DNA of 64,000 nucleotides from Sarea resinae (Eukaryota): NCBI GenBank assembly GCA_026026165.1, contig JAPEUD010000005.1, positions 248,001 to 312,000 of the forward strand, read 5' to 3'. Shown piece by piece: positions 35,561 to 48,400 of this stretch (position 1 is its first letter; each line of letters starts with the position of its first letter). The notes under the pieces were generated by a model. It saw only the letters and a program-made list of their open reading frames with translations, ran no database searches and was not told where the DNA came from. The position numbers and the translations under genes were made by a program.

Positions 35561-38035
35561 TTATTTGACCGAGGGGGGGTTTTCACTGCCGAATTGGCCC
35601 TCGGCCCAGTGTTTGGCGTCTTCTAGCTTGCTCTTGATGTAGGCCCACCATTTCTCTGTTTCGTTGTCCTTGTCTTTAGTGGCGTCTTGGTCTTGGTCTT
35701 TGTCTTTGCCTGCATCCCCGTCCCCATCATTGGTTTCATCTTGGTCAGGGCTGGACTCGGAGTTGTCGGATGGTACTGGTGTCGGCACGGTGGGGCGCGT
35801 GGGTATGGGATCTGGGATATCGACGCCGAGTGCAGGGGATGAAGACGGCGTCTCGAGTAAGCTGGTTGATGGGGAGAGGGCAGAGAATGGTTCGACCGAA
35901 GTAGAGGCCAAGGCAGCAGGGAGAGAGGATGGATCTTGCGATGTGGGTAGTGGTGGTGGCGGTGGTGGTGGGTCGTCAGGTGTTTGCACAAATGGAGCAT
36001 CAGGGTCTGAGTGCAGTCCCACGGGCTTCAGGGGAAGACGAAGCGTGCCGTTGTTTGGCTTTGGCGTCAGTTGAAGCGAGTCGCAAATAATGTTGTAGAC
36101 TTCCGTATTCTCTGTTCACCATTGAAGATTAGCTGGCTGATCTCCAAAGAAAGAAAAGACTTTCTTACGGAATACTTCGACTCTACTATTCGGCTTATGC
36201 GGGAACGCGGGTCCTCGAGCGGCGAAGATGGCTCGCATAAGTGGATGTTCGTGATCGTAGCCATGCAGCCCTCGCGGTCGGTATATCTCACCCGTCTCCT
36301 TTGCTTTCGCCACGTCGAACTCGTCTTTTGTCACGATCGCCCATCCGGCCTTCGGAACAATCCAAAGAGGAGCGATGCGTGCGTTGTTCGAAAAATGGTA
36401 TCTTTCCGGCATATTCTCATCCCGTAGATAGACTTCGAAATTTGGATTCTCCACCGATGCGGCTGCAAGACGGCCATAGAGATCTCGGAGGTCATTTGGA
36501 TCTTTGGGTCGAATTCCATATAGCGGCCAGCCGTCAAGGTGCTCAATAACGTTGACGTCGATTAGGTCGTCTAGTTGTATCAAGCGATCTGTTGAAGTGG
36601 TAGCCATGCCGTGATCGGAGACAACGACGATGTTGACGATGTCGGTCAGATTACGCTGCTTGAGACCAGCAAAGAGGTCGCCGAGCATGGTGTCCACATT
36701 GTTGATCGTGGTGCGAATCTCCGTACTGTTAGGACCGAATTTGTGGCCATCAGCATCTACCACGGGCACGTAAGCTGCGATGAACTGTGGTCGACGATGG
36801 TCTTCGGAGAGCGCCGACTCCTGTTTCTCGAGGCCTGGCAGGTCGACAAGTGCTAAAACCCTATCCACCTTTCGAGCTAAGATCTCAGTGCCGTTATACT
36901 TGTCTACGAAAGCCGGTTCGACTCCTCCAATGTGTGCTTCAGACCCGGGCCACATATGAATCGCACTCCTGATACCCTGGCTCTCTGCCGTCACCCATAG
37001 AGGTTCTCCGCCCCACCATTTCGCTTGCAAGCTTCTCGCTGGATCAGTATAGAAGAACTCTTCTTTCAAGACTGGGTCCCAGAAAGAGTTGCCGACGATG
37101 CCATGGCTCTCGGGGTAGAGCCCCGTGACCAAGGTGAAGTGATTTGGGAACGTAACGCTCGGAAAGCTAGGGAGCATGTATTTTGGTGATATCCCTTCTG
37201 CGATGAACGAGTTCAGAGTAGGAGTGAGGCCGCGGTCAAGAAAATCTGCCCGAAAGCCATCCAGGGAGATGAGTATGGTCGTAGGCGCAAATGTCGCTGT
37301 ACCATTCGACAAGAGGTCCGATGTAAATTGGGGACGGTTTTTCCGAGTCATCTTATAGGCCCCAAAAAGCAATAAACCAAAGAGCACGATGACGGCCAGA
37401 TGGACAAAAGCAAACCTCGGGAATCGTAAACGACGGGACTGTTGTATGTCAGCAAGCAGAAATGAAAGCCGACGTCGGCATATGTCCACCTTTTCGCCGA
37501 AGAGATTCTTCGACTTCCACATCTCGACCTCGGACGAGACGCGAGAAGATTCAGATGAGGTATCATCCCTCGGGCCCCCCTCCTCCATTTCGAACATCAG
37601 TTCGCCTTCTTCATCTACTCCCTTTCTCATGCCCCTTCGTCCGTTGCCCCTCTCGCCTCTCCGCTGTCCTCTTTTCTCCCGCCTCTCTTGCCGTCGGTGT
37701 TCTCTCTCCTCTCGCTTCTCTTGCCGCCGATATTCCCTCTCCTCTCGTCTGCCGATCCGTATCATGCTGCGGTTGCTGTGATCACCGCTGAAGATCCTTC
37801 GGAAGCCCTCCTTGGCCCCACCTGATAGCAGCTTCTCCCGGTCCTCCTCTTCCTTGAGAACGGACAAGTCATGCTCGGCCAACTCGCGGGAAGTGCGAGC
37901 CCCATAGAGGACCTCATCGTCTTCCGAATCGTCCTCCTGGTCGGATATCGATCTCAGAGAGGAAGCATCGTCGTCGAAGTTGGCGAGCGAGAGAAGGGGG
38001 CCCGCATGTGCTTTGCTCGGCGACTGGGTCGCCAT
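35561..38035 (-). CDS. NPP1: Type II membrane nucleotide pyrophosphatase/phosphodiesterase
   Basis: Introns 37489-37439 and 36168-36112; one TM helix. Motifs ILISLDGFR, SFPSVTFPNH, DADGHKFGP, VVSDHGM, GLHGYD. Confidence 0.92.
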
Positions 38036-39510
38036 CGGTCCTGAGCCGGTGTCAAATGAACGACGCTGGGATCTTCAAGGCATCTGGGTTGCTGAGCATT
38101 GATTGTTCAATGAAAGGTTTGAATGTGGAGAGTGCAGAGGCTGAGATAGGGCTGATATCGAGATGGATATTATTGCTATTGTGATGGCTCTCTGAGGTGC
38201 TCGTCCCTCGCGCGGTAGACTCAAGCGGGCTACTCGGAATACCAACGCAGGGACCTAGAACGCTACCTTGGTGGTGTACGAGACGATGTACGTACGGAGT
38301 ATAGCACCGTATCTGGTCCGTTCCCGATCATGAACGACGAAGTCCCAAGTCGACACCGCGACACGGCAATCATGAATTGATAATGGAATCATCGATCGGT
38401 CGGCGGTACTCCGGAATCGAAGGAGATCCTCTTAGACTTGAACCTCTCTCATGGTGCATCTGATGCTCTCAGTAACGATATACAGTAGTTTCTGCAGACT
38501 ACCTATGTACGACGTAGTATAGACCTTGCACCGACTGATTTATAGTGTATTATTTTATAGTGTATTTCTTCTTGCTACCGCATAGTAGCATTGAAGGTAC
38601 TGTATCAATATGAGGTCTAGCCTTGTGCACAGCGAGAGCAGTATTCTATTACACAAAGTAAGCAATCTATATTGCATCGGATTATACCCGAATAGGAAGC
38701 TTCTCGAGTACGAGCCTTCTCTTACTTCTTACGAGTACCTTAGCGACTCTCTCCAAGCGAGATATATCGCGGTAGAGAGTAGAGTAGTAAAGATGGCTGT
38801 TTCGATCTCTAACATGCCATGCGTGCCACCTCCAGGGCTCTTCCACGGGTGGCTTGCAGTATGAGAGTTTCATCAACTGTAATCATGTAGATACTATTAT
38901 GATTACTCGACGAGCAAGCCATGACAGGAAGGCACTCTCCAAAGTACTACGTAGTGCTCAACTTGTTGATATCACATATGGTGACATGCCGTCTCAGAGG
39001 AATCAGGAATCGTGATCTGCAAAGACGCAGCCATCTCGTCTAGACCGAGTAGACAGAGTGGCATCCATTGGGATGGATTATTGATTGCGGATTATTATTT
39101 GACTGATCGCTAGTGGTGGCGTGAGTGGCCGCAATTTGCTTTGGATTTATCCCTAATCGGTGCCGCGCTACTGTTAGAGCTGGCTCCAAGGTCAATCTAG
39201 TTGAAATTATAGATCAATTGTGCGACAACTGATCATATAACTGTCAATTATTGCCCATTGCACCCGCTGACGGCTGCCATGTTTGCCGCCCCCAATCCCT
39301 TTGTTCTCCCCCCCAACTAGTGAGACAGAAAATCTCAGTTTACTGATCACCGCGGGCCATATATCATCTCTCGTTGCCCCCATTTTCGTGGTCGGAAGTG
39401 AGACTTTCTTTCCCTTTTCGACACGCGAGTGGCTAGATCCCATCGCTCGTTTACTGTGGTCCGACGCGACAGTCTGAGCCGGTCGGTGATCGCTGGCCCA
39501 GTACTCCACC

Positions 39511-41298
39511 ATGTCATCCACGCAGGACAGGACGACACAGTCCGCAACACCTCATGGCGACGGTGGCATCGACCATCATCCCGCAGATCAACGATCCCGA
39601 GTGCAGAGTGCTTCTCGGAGCCCGCCCAGTCTCGATGCGATCCCGAATCTGCAGGCCATGTCGGCTCAGGCCGCCAAGGCACTGCAGAAGCAGCAGGGCG
39701 ACATTGATCGCATCTTCGGCATCGTGGGACGGATGGAGGGCGAGATGAATAATTTCAGACTCCATCTGGAGGGCATGGGAAGGGAACTGCAGGCTCGACT
39801 GCCTCTGCCTCCCCCTCCACCGCTGAGCCAGGAAGGCCTCTCCATGGACGAGTTGGAACTCTTCACTCGGAACTTGACCAGAGTCGGCCAGAAGGCGCAT
39901 GAAGTCGACGGTCTGAAGCTGGAGCTCGAGTTGATGAAGCGCCGGATCAAACAATTGGAGGGCTCCAAGGTGGCGAACCTGATTGGTTCCTCTGGTCTTC
40001 CTGCCAGCTCTCCTCAAATCCCCGATCCCGCATTTCAGCGACCACAACCCGGACCAGGAGAACCACCGCACGGTTCATGGGGTGCTGGCGCCGCGCAACA
40101 GCCGCAAGCGAATTCTAATTCGGCAAAACGAAAGACGCTCGAGGGTCTGAGATTAATCGAAGATCTCTGGAATCAGAGCGGCGATGGTAGCCACCCCGAG
40201 GCTGGCACAGCCAACAAGCGACCTCGAACATCTACGGATGATTACCCTCGACCCAGTCCAGGTCATGGGCCGGGCCCACCAGCCCAAACGCACCCCTTCT
40301 ATGGCCCAATGAATGAGAACCATCGATGGGTGCCTCCTCCCACCCCTCGAAACGGCCCAAATATGCCTCCAGCACCCTCGCAACCCTTGCCTCCAGGTCA
40401 CCACGGCTACATGTCGCCGTATCATGTGGGCGGGCCAATCCCTCCACAGCCAAGTGGCCCCACGAATCATCCTCTCCAAACTCCCTCTTCCGCTGACGGC
40501 GGGTCTACGCGCGGCACTCGCGGAACTCGGGGGCGAGCGCGAGGCAGGGGAAGTAGGCCTCGCGGCAGACCACCACTGGGCACGCGCTCCGAACCACAAT
40601 GGGAGCGACCTACCTGGTCAATAGGGCTCGCCCCCAACTCGCCCCTAACCCCAGTCCCCCAGTCTATTCCCGTCCGTGAGCTACGCCGCGACATTGAAGA
40701 AGAGCGCGTACGAAATGAGGAGGGTTTTCTCCTAACCAAGAGCGGAAAACCAGACATGCGTGGGGAGGCTGTTCGACGACGCCATGCTAAGAGGCGCGCG
40801 CAAAGAGAGCAAGAGGAGAACGCGGCCCAAGACGCTGCGGTTCAACGAGCGAAGGAATTCAGACAGGCTGCCGAGGATACGTTACGTGCTGGTCAGGGTC
40901 TTTCGGGAACGGACTTGGATCGTCATTCACGGATCATGGCACAAGTTTTTCCCAATGGACTTGATGAACACCGACGTCGGGCTAATCTCTCGAATCATGT
41001 CTTTCCGAATCGAGAAGCTGCCAAGACCACGGTTGGGGGCCAGACAGATGGCGCCACAGATACAGCGGATGGGCCGGCAGCTTCAGGGGCAAATGGGGCA
41101 AGCAAGGAGGGTAAGGATGTGGAAGGCGAGCAAGAAAATTCTGCCGAGGTAGAGGTAAAGCGGGATGAGGATGAGGCCATCGAGGTAGACGAAGACGACG
41201 GTGAAGATGGAGAAGGATACGACGAGGAAGATGAGGTGGTCGACGAAGAAGGGCCTGATGAGCCGGACACTCCGTATGAGGATGCAGAATCTTCATAG
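39511..41298 (+). CDS. Hypothetical nuclear protein: N-terminal coiled coil, Pro-rich middle, AT-hook-like RGRP motifs, acidic tail
   Basis: Intronless 595-aa ORF with good start context (CACCATG). Contains EVDGLKLELELMKRRIKQLE, RGRGSRPRGRPP and LTKSGKPDMR. Confidence 0.75.
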   Translation: MSSTQDRTTQSATPHGDGGIDHHPADQRSRVQSASRSPPSLDAIPNLQAMSAQAAKALQKQQGDIDRIFGIVGRMEGEMNNFRLHLEGMGRELQARLPLPPPPPLSQEGLSMDELELFTRNLTRVGQKAHEVDGLKLELELMKRRIKQLEGSKVANLIGSSGLPASSPQIPDPAFQRPQPGPGEPPHGSWGAGAAQQPQANSNSAKRKTLEGLRLIEDLWNQSGDGSHPEAGTANKRPRTSTDDYPRPSPGHGPGPPAQTHPFYGPMNENHRWVPPPTPRNGPNMPPAPSQPLPPGHHGYMSPYHVGGPIPPQPSGPTNHPLQTPSSADGGSTRGTRGTRGRARGRGSRPRGRPPLGTRSEPQWERPTWSIGLAPNSPLTPVPQSIPVRELRRDIEEERVRNEEGFLLTKSGKPDMRGEAVRRRHAKRRAQREQEENAAQDAAVQRAKEFRQAAEDTLRAGQGLSGTDLDRHSRIMAQVFPNGLDEHRRRANLSNHVFPNREAAKTTVGGQTDGATDTADGPAASGANGASKEGKDVEGEQENSAEVEVKRDEDEAIEVDEDDGEDGEGYDEEDEVVDEEGPDEPDTPYEDAESS

Positions 41299-41760
41299 AG
41301 TGATCAAGGATAGATAGACAGGCTCCGAGGGTGCTCGGTCGAGCTTTGAAAGTAGCGGTCATACAAGGATAGCTCGTTCATTCCATCTAATCCAGGAGCT
41401 TTCACTGTCATATTGAGAACATACTTGGAGACTGAAGTGAAGCAGCCAGGCATGAATGAAGCTTTATGAATTGAATAGTGTCGAATGCTTCTCATCAGTG
41501 AATCTCGGTGTTCGAGCGCTTATCCCTTATCCCTTATCCCGGATGTAGGAGTATGGCGCAGATACCGCCACTCCTTAGTCGAGGATACGTACTTTGCGCA
41601 CAAGGGACATCGGATTTGTAGATCATACGAAGTTTATTTGCGCTCGTACGATCTCAGTGGTGCGCGACCGAACGGCGGCGCACATTGGACACATAAAATC
41701 CCTTCACTCTACTGCGATCCTTTCAACAGACTCCCGAAATTCAGAGGAGGATAGATCATC

Positions 41761-43936
41761 ATGAAGCGCAAAGCGGAAGAACACCAAAAAGCCGCCAATG
41801 GCGCCGACCTTCCAAAGAAGCGCGCCGCTTTCTCCGACGAGATCGCCAAGACGAAATTCCGCCCGGGCCTCTTCGATAAGGAAGTGCTCGACCAGTATAT
41901 CGAGCAACATTCGAAATCGGAACCGTGAGCAATATCATGCATCTCTAGACGATAAACCCCAATTGACCTCATCTATTAGCTATCTCCACTGCGTGATCTC
42001 GAACCTCATCGAGCCCACTCTCCTCCGCAATGTGCGCGACGAGATCCGCGAGAACATCTCGTTCACTCCCAAGGAGACCGACATCTACAGAATCCACCAA
42101 TCGGGCGATCTTGCCAATCTCGATGGCCTGGAGGACTCTGCTCTGCGCCAGCTACCGTCCCTTCTCACCCTGCGCAATGCCATCTATAGCTCCGCCTTTC
42201 GCACATATCTGTCCAGCATCACCAACTCGGGACCCCTGAGCGGAACCAAGACGGATATGGCCATCAATGTGTATACGCCGGGATGCCATCTCCTATGCCA
42301 CGACGACGTCATTGGCAGCCGACGGATCAGCTGGATTCTCTATTTGACGGATCCGGACCGGCCGTGGAAGCCACAATGGGGCGGCGCGTTGAGGCTCTTC
42401 CCGACCAAGTCGTACGACGTGGACGGCAAGGAGACGAAAGTGCCCGAGCCCGACGTCAGCCTGATCGTGCCTCCGGCTTTCAACCAGCTCAGCTTCTTCG
42501 TCGTGCAGCCGGGCGAGAGTTTCCACGACGTCGAGGAGGTCTTTGCGCGCGCCGAGGGCGAGGCCGAAGAAGACGATGGCGGGCGCGTCCGAATGGCCAT
42601 CAGCGGCTGGTTCCACATCCCGCAGGAGGGCGAGGAGGGTTTCATCAAAGGCATGGAGGAGTCGCTGGCAGAGAAGAGCTCGTTCATCCAGCTGCGCACG
42701 AAAGCCGACCGGTTCGACTTTCCCAAGGACAAAGTCGAGCTCTACGAACCTGTTCCAGCCGACGACAACGACGAGGCCAAGGATGCCAGCGGCAAGGGGA
42801 AGCAAAACGCGGCGTCGGCGGAAGACGAAGACGAAGAGGAGGATGCACTCTCCGAGCACGATCTGGACTTCCTCCTGAAATTCCTCGCGCCCACCTATCT
42901 GACGCCCGACACGCTCGAGGAGCTCGCCGAGCTCTTCGCCGACGAATCCTCGCTACGGATCTCCAAATTCCTCTCCCCCAAATTCGCCGACAAGCTGCGC
43001 GCGCACATCGAAGCCGCCGAGAAATCGGGCCTGCCCGCCACGGCGAACGAGATCGAGAAATCCACCGAGTGGAAGGTCGCCCGGCCACCGCACAAGCAAA
43101 GATATCTATACCAGCAGACATCCCCCCCTAAAAACGGCAGCGAAGACAACGATCCCGTCAAGGCGCTTCTGAACGAACTCCTGCCGTCCAAGCCGTTCCG
43201 GAAATGGCTGACGCTCGCGACGGGCCTCGGGCTCACCAGCTACAACCTGCTTGCGCGACGATTCCGGCGGGGCGAGGATTACACGCTCGCGTCCACGTTT
43301 GAGGAGGGTAAGCCGCGGCTGGAAATTACGCTGGGCGTGACTCCGACGGGCGGATGGGGGGACGAGGACGAGGACGAAGAAGACGAAGCAATGGACGCCG
43401 AAGGGGAGGAGAAGAAGAAGAAGAAGAAGAACGAAAACGGAGGAGAGAAGACCGCCGCGAACGGGACCGGGAACGGAAAATCAAGCGCCCAAGACCGCCC
43501 GACCGCCAGCTCTTCTTCTGCCTCCAACGCCGCCGCCGCCACCGCCGCCATCGACACCACCGCGCCCCCTTCCTCAAGCACCCCCACCGGCGGCCCCGGC
43601 GGCTACGAAGTCTACATGGCCTCGGACCCCGACGACAACGACGACAACGGTGGCAAACCCAACGCGTCCGGCAAAGACAACACCACCAACGACCCGGCCG
43701 TCTACCGCAGCGCCAACCCGGACGACGAAGACGACGACGACGGCGTGCTCTTCAGCATGCCGCCCGCCTGGAACACCATGAGCGTCGTGCTGCGCGACGC
43801 CGGCGTCATGAAATTCGTCAAGTACGTGGGCCGTGCCGCTCAAGGGGATCGCTGGGATCTGACGGGCGAGTTTGGGGTTGAGGAGGGTGAGGAGGATGAT
43901 GAGGATGAGGATGATGAGGATAAGATGGAGGAGTAG
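41761..43936 (+). CDS. TPA1: Prolyl 3,4-dihydroxylase (2OG-Fe(II) oxygenase; Tpa1/Ofd1/OGFOD1)
   Basis: Intron 41925-41979. Motifs KETDIYRIHQSGDLANL, LLCHDDVIGSRR, SFHDVEEV, RMAISGWFH, and C-terminal VLRDAGVMKFVKYV. Confidence 0.95.
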
Positions 43937-44361
43937 GGGGAGGAACAGCACTGAAGACAGACGTGTCGAGAAAAACCTCAAGCAAAACCCCAAAATGCAA
44001 GGAAAAAGTCGGGAGCAAAGGCCGAGGGCCGAAGGCAGCTTACGAAAGGGTTGTCATCTCATCAACGCCAGACACGGGGGAGATATGTCATTCTCATTCT
44101 CATTGTCATTGCCCTTATCATGATCACGGCCATACAAAAAGCCGCAACGAAACATACAGTTCACAAACAAACCAACACAAACCCCAAAGAAAACCCACCT
44201 ACCACCCACCCCGACGGATCGAAAACAAACAAACGAATGCATGAATGTTCGAATCAATAAATGTGTGTTTAGATGACCCCAAAGAAAAGAAAGGAAAAAA
44301 AACGGCGGTAGCAAAAGTAAATCAATCAATGTCAAACTTGTCATCTACTTTCTACACGGTA

Positions 44362-45430
44362 CGATGCGATGCGATGCGATGCGATGCGATGCGATGCGGT
44401 TGGTAGGGGGGCAGGGGCAGGGAAATGTATCTGAGATTCAACAACTCACCCTACACCCCTATCTATCTATCTATCTATCTTTCCACTCTACATATCTTCC
44501 GTCCTCTGATCCTTATCCTAACCCCTTTTCTCGATTTACATGTAGGAACGACTTGGAATTGGTATTTCTTTTTTTTTTTTGGTTTTAGGCAAGGGCGGTA
44601 AGAGGGTAGGGGGTTTTGTATAGGAGTAGGAGTAGAAGTAGGAGTAGGAGTAGGAGTAGTGTAGTATAAGGAGAAAGAAAAGGAGATAAGAAGTATAAGA
44701 ATCTAATAACACAATAACACAATAACACAAATAATATCAAGGAAAGAAAGAAAACAAACAGCCGAACAGAAAGTAAAAAATAGTTCAAGGGGCGAGGAAT
44801 TAGGCTAGAGAGACAGCAGACTATAAAGGTCTATTTATCTTATCTTCGAAAGATACGGCTAAGAAGGCTAGAGAAGTAGAGGCGTAGAAAGGTATAGGTA
44901 AAGGTAAGGATTAGAGTAAGTGTGTAAGTAAGAGTTTAAGAAAAGAAAAGAACAGAACAGAGTAGAAGCGATAAGAAAGAGGAAAAGTAAGAGTAAGAAG
45001 GTGTAAGACAGGGTATAAATGTAAGAGGAAGAGGAAGAGGAAGAGGAAGGAGAAAGAGAGAGAAAAAAAACAAGTAAAAATAACTGCAAACAAGAATACA
45101 AACAAGAATATAACAGACACACTCTCTCTATCTTACCTTTTAATCCCTTCTCTCTCTCTCTCTCTCTTTCTCTCCTCTCTCTTTTCTTCTTCTTTCTCTC
45201 TTCTCTCTTCTCTCTTCTCTCTCTCTTCTTCTTTTCTCCTTTTCCTCTTCTCTCTTCTCTCTTATTACTGAACTACTCTTAAGCTTAAGCTTAACAGTTA
45301 TAGTCAGCTAGATTTATAGCTAGCTAGCTAGATAGATAGATAGACAGAGAGAAGCATACAGGACATTAGAATAGAGGAAAAAGAACATATAGTAGGCTAT
45401 AGCAGAGAGCCATTAGAGGAAAAACTTTAT
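44362..45430. repeat. Low-complexity tract: (GATGC)n, (GGAGTA)n, then purine-rich switching to pyrimidine-rich SSRs, TpA-rich
   Basis: Visible degenerate microsatellites; strand asymmetry flips near 45120. Confidence 0.75.
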
Positions 45431-48400
45431 TTGTTGTATTCGACTGTATTTCTTAGATCTATTTGTTTTTTTGAGTCGATTTCTTTTTCTGTCCATTTGT
45501 CTATCTACATATCTGTCTATCTGTCTCTTCTTGTCTATCTACCTGTCTATCTACTGATCTACTCCGGCACATCGAGTCCGCAGGACGTCAGTGCGTTACC
45601 AAGGCAGGAAAATCAAGGCAAGGCAAGGCCAGATAGAGGGCCAGATAGGACAGTACAGCACAGGATACGAGGACTACGATCTCGTCTTCTCACCCGACTT
45701 AATCATACTTTGGCCTGATGTAGCTATGTTGCGCTGCGTTGCGTTGGAAGTCGAGAGGCCGGGCGACTGAGACTGGCACTTGCTTTGCTTTTGCTTTTGC
45801 TTTCAACTGCATTCTCTGCTGGAGTCCTGCTCGCGAAATATGTATGCATGTATGATGAATGTATGGATGCATGCACGAGAGCCCGGATCAAGGGTTCGCG
45901 GGGTCAAGAAAGAATTGAGAGGTGAGTTTGAGCTTGAGGGTTGAGATCGATCGGTTGAGTTGTTGCTCTAGGATTGGAAGTGGAAGCGGGGGGAGATTGG
46001 CTCTGGGAGGATCGAAAGGCAAGGGGAAAAGCAGGAGGTGCAGCGTGCGTGCGTGCGTGATGGCAGCGGGGGTGGCAGAGAAGCAGACAGAAGAAAACTG
46101 TTGACGAAAAGGAAGCCGTCCAAGCGCGCGCGGGAGCCGGCTGACTGGCGCGTTTGAAAAGATCGTATGTCAAATCGCATGAAAGGGGCGCTGGGCTGGC
46201 CTGCTTGTAGAATACGAGGGATGAGGATGAATTGAGAGGTCGAATTGAGAGGATCAGGTCGAACCATCTCGTTCTTCTTTCCTTCCCTGTCATGTCCGTC
46301 CGCGGTATGAATCTAGTTGCTATTGCGAGGTCGACCGACCGGTCGGCCAGCGGACACGGCCCACGGACGGGCTACCCTGGGGGCCTAGGTAGTCGATCCG
46401 AAACGGCTGGGTCGCGCCGCATGCGGCTGGCTTGCGTGAGATGTGAGGTGCTCTGCTGAGATGTCAGTCAGCTGGAGAACGGACCGAGCGTTGTCTTCCT
46501 GTCAGTAGGTTGGCTAGGTGAGGTAGGCAGGCATGGCAAGGTAAAGAAAGGTAAGGTAAGGCGACTTGGTCTTTGTTGCATATGCCATCACGACCGTATT
46601 GGTACGGGACTGGTGGAGTACTGCCGGACAGATCGGTCCGCCGACCCCCCTCCCCTCTGAGAAAGGCGTCTAGGACCAATGAGAAATCGTGTCGGCCTTC
46701 TCGTAGACAGCTCCGTTGGCACGGGTCGAGTTTGCATTCGAGCTGGCAGGAAACGTTGTTGCATTTGGGTCTGGAAAAGAGAAGGCCCATGGCCATCCGG
46801 GTGCACATGCCCCACGTAAGTCTGTTCCGCCAGGAGAAGGAGGAGGAGGTTGCTCAGAATCCCAATCGTCGAGTCTGCCGGGTTCCTTCTTCTTTCCTTT
46901 CCTTTCTCTCACACCCCTCCTGCATCGAGGGGTAGACTTGGGTTTGTTGGGAAGCGAAGGAAGACGCGTCTGACAAGGCAAGGCAGACAGGCACGTTTGC
47001 GTATGTGCGTGCTGCTTTCCCCAACCTGTCGAGCGCGTTGTTGGCGGCGACGCGTGAATGGGAACGTGAGCGTGCAATTGGCTTCCGAACCACGACGTAG
47101 GAACAGAGGGCCGGTGCAGATTGATGCAAGGAGTAGGATACTGGTCATAGTAGGGATGCCGTTGACATGACAGCTTTTTCGTGCGGCTTGCCCACCTGCT
47201 TGCTTCGCGAACAAGCATCCTGATCAGAATTGCATCATGGCTGTCCCAAGCGTCGAGGTCGAAGCTCGAGACGGAAAGTGACAAGAACGTTCGGCTTGGA
47301 ATGGAGATGATGACTCCCTCACGAGGCCACATCATCGACCTTGCTGGCCAATTCCAATCTTCCATCTCAATTCGGCCTGTCTGTCAGTCAATGGATCATG
47401 TGGCCGCCATCAATCTATGAATAGACAAGGTAGCCAATGCAAATGTGATGATCGTCATCTTACCATGTCCAAACCATTCATTCATCGAATTGAAACCCAG
47501 ACGAGGAAGATGATCGAGCAAGAGGCGTATCCCAGGCCAAAGCGATCCATCTAGATGAGTGCATGCAGCAAGCAAGCACCCTGCACATACACATCAATAT
47601 GAAGTCGCTCCTCGGGCCCCATCTGCCTGATCCGACGGCGATCGATCGAGCTTCCGCGCAGATTCCGTCTCAGGGTCCTGATTGGCGTGCTGCACCTTTA
47701 GACTTTTCGAATTGCGCCCGTGGAGTCGCCATCGAGGCGTTTCGAATGATGATCAGCAATCTCTCCACGTTGAGGGTCTCACCGTGGACCGGGTTTGGGT
47801 TCATGTCAGGGGCCACTACATGCCGCAGCGCGCGTCTAATAATGGATGAGCTGATCGGCCGCGTCGTACAGAAGTGGGTGGGTGGGAGCATTCATCGATA
47901 TCAAGCGTGCAGGAGGCAGTGGAGAGCGTGGGCCCAGAGGCTTCGTGAGGTAGTAACCACCTTACTCCTTCCACAGCCTACCTACTATGTACTCGCCTTC
48001 CAAGCTAGGCAAGGCACTGTATCAAATGAGATCTGAACGCAGATCTCGATTCTTCGAGATGCAGTATTCGTACTTCCTTGTAGGTTCGGCGAGCACGAAG
48101 TGGGTGTGGTTGCACAAGCCACCTACCATCCTAACCACCTGCTTTCTCCTCCGCTCTAAGAATAATCAACACCTACGGTCCCAAGTACGAAGTACAGAGA
48201 GATGGTTCCTCTATTTTGAGTTTCGTTTCGTTTCGTTTCGACTTAGGGTAAGTTGTCGGTGAGGTCCGTCCCTTAGATGTCCCTTAGATCGGACCAGTGA
48301 GCGTTAGAACACCACACCATAGCACTCGACGCTTCTCCTCTGAGCATTTAACACTTTTCAATCCGGCCGGCTGTTCATGGTCCGCCAACGGCCTTGAACC

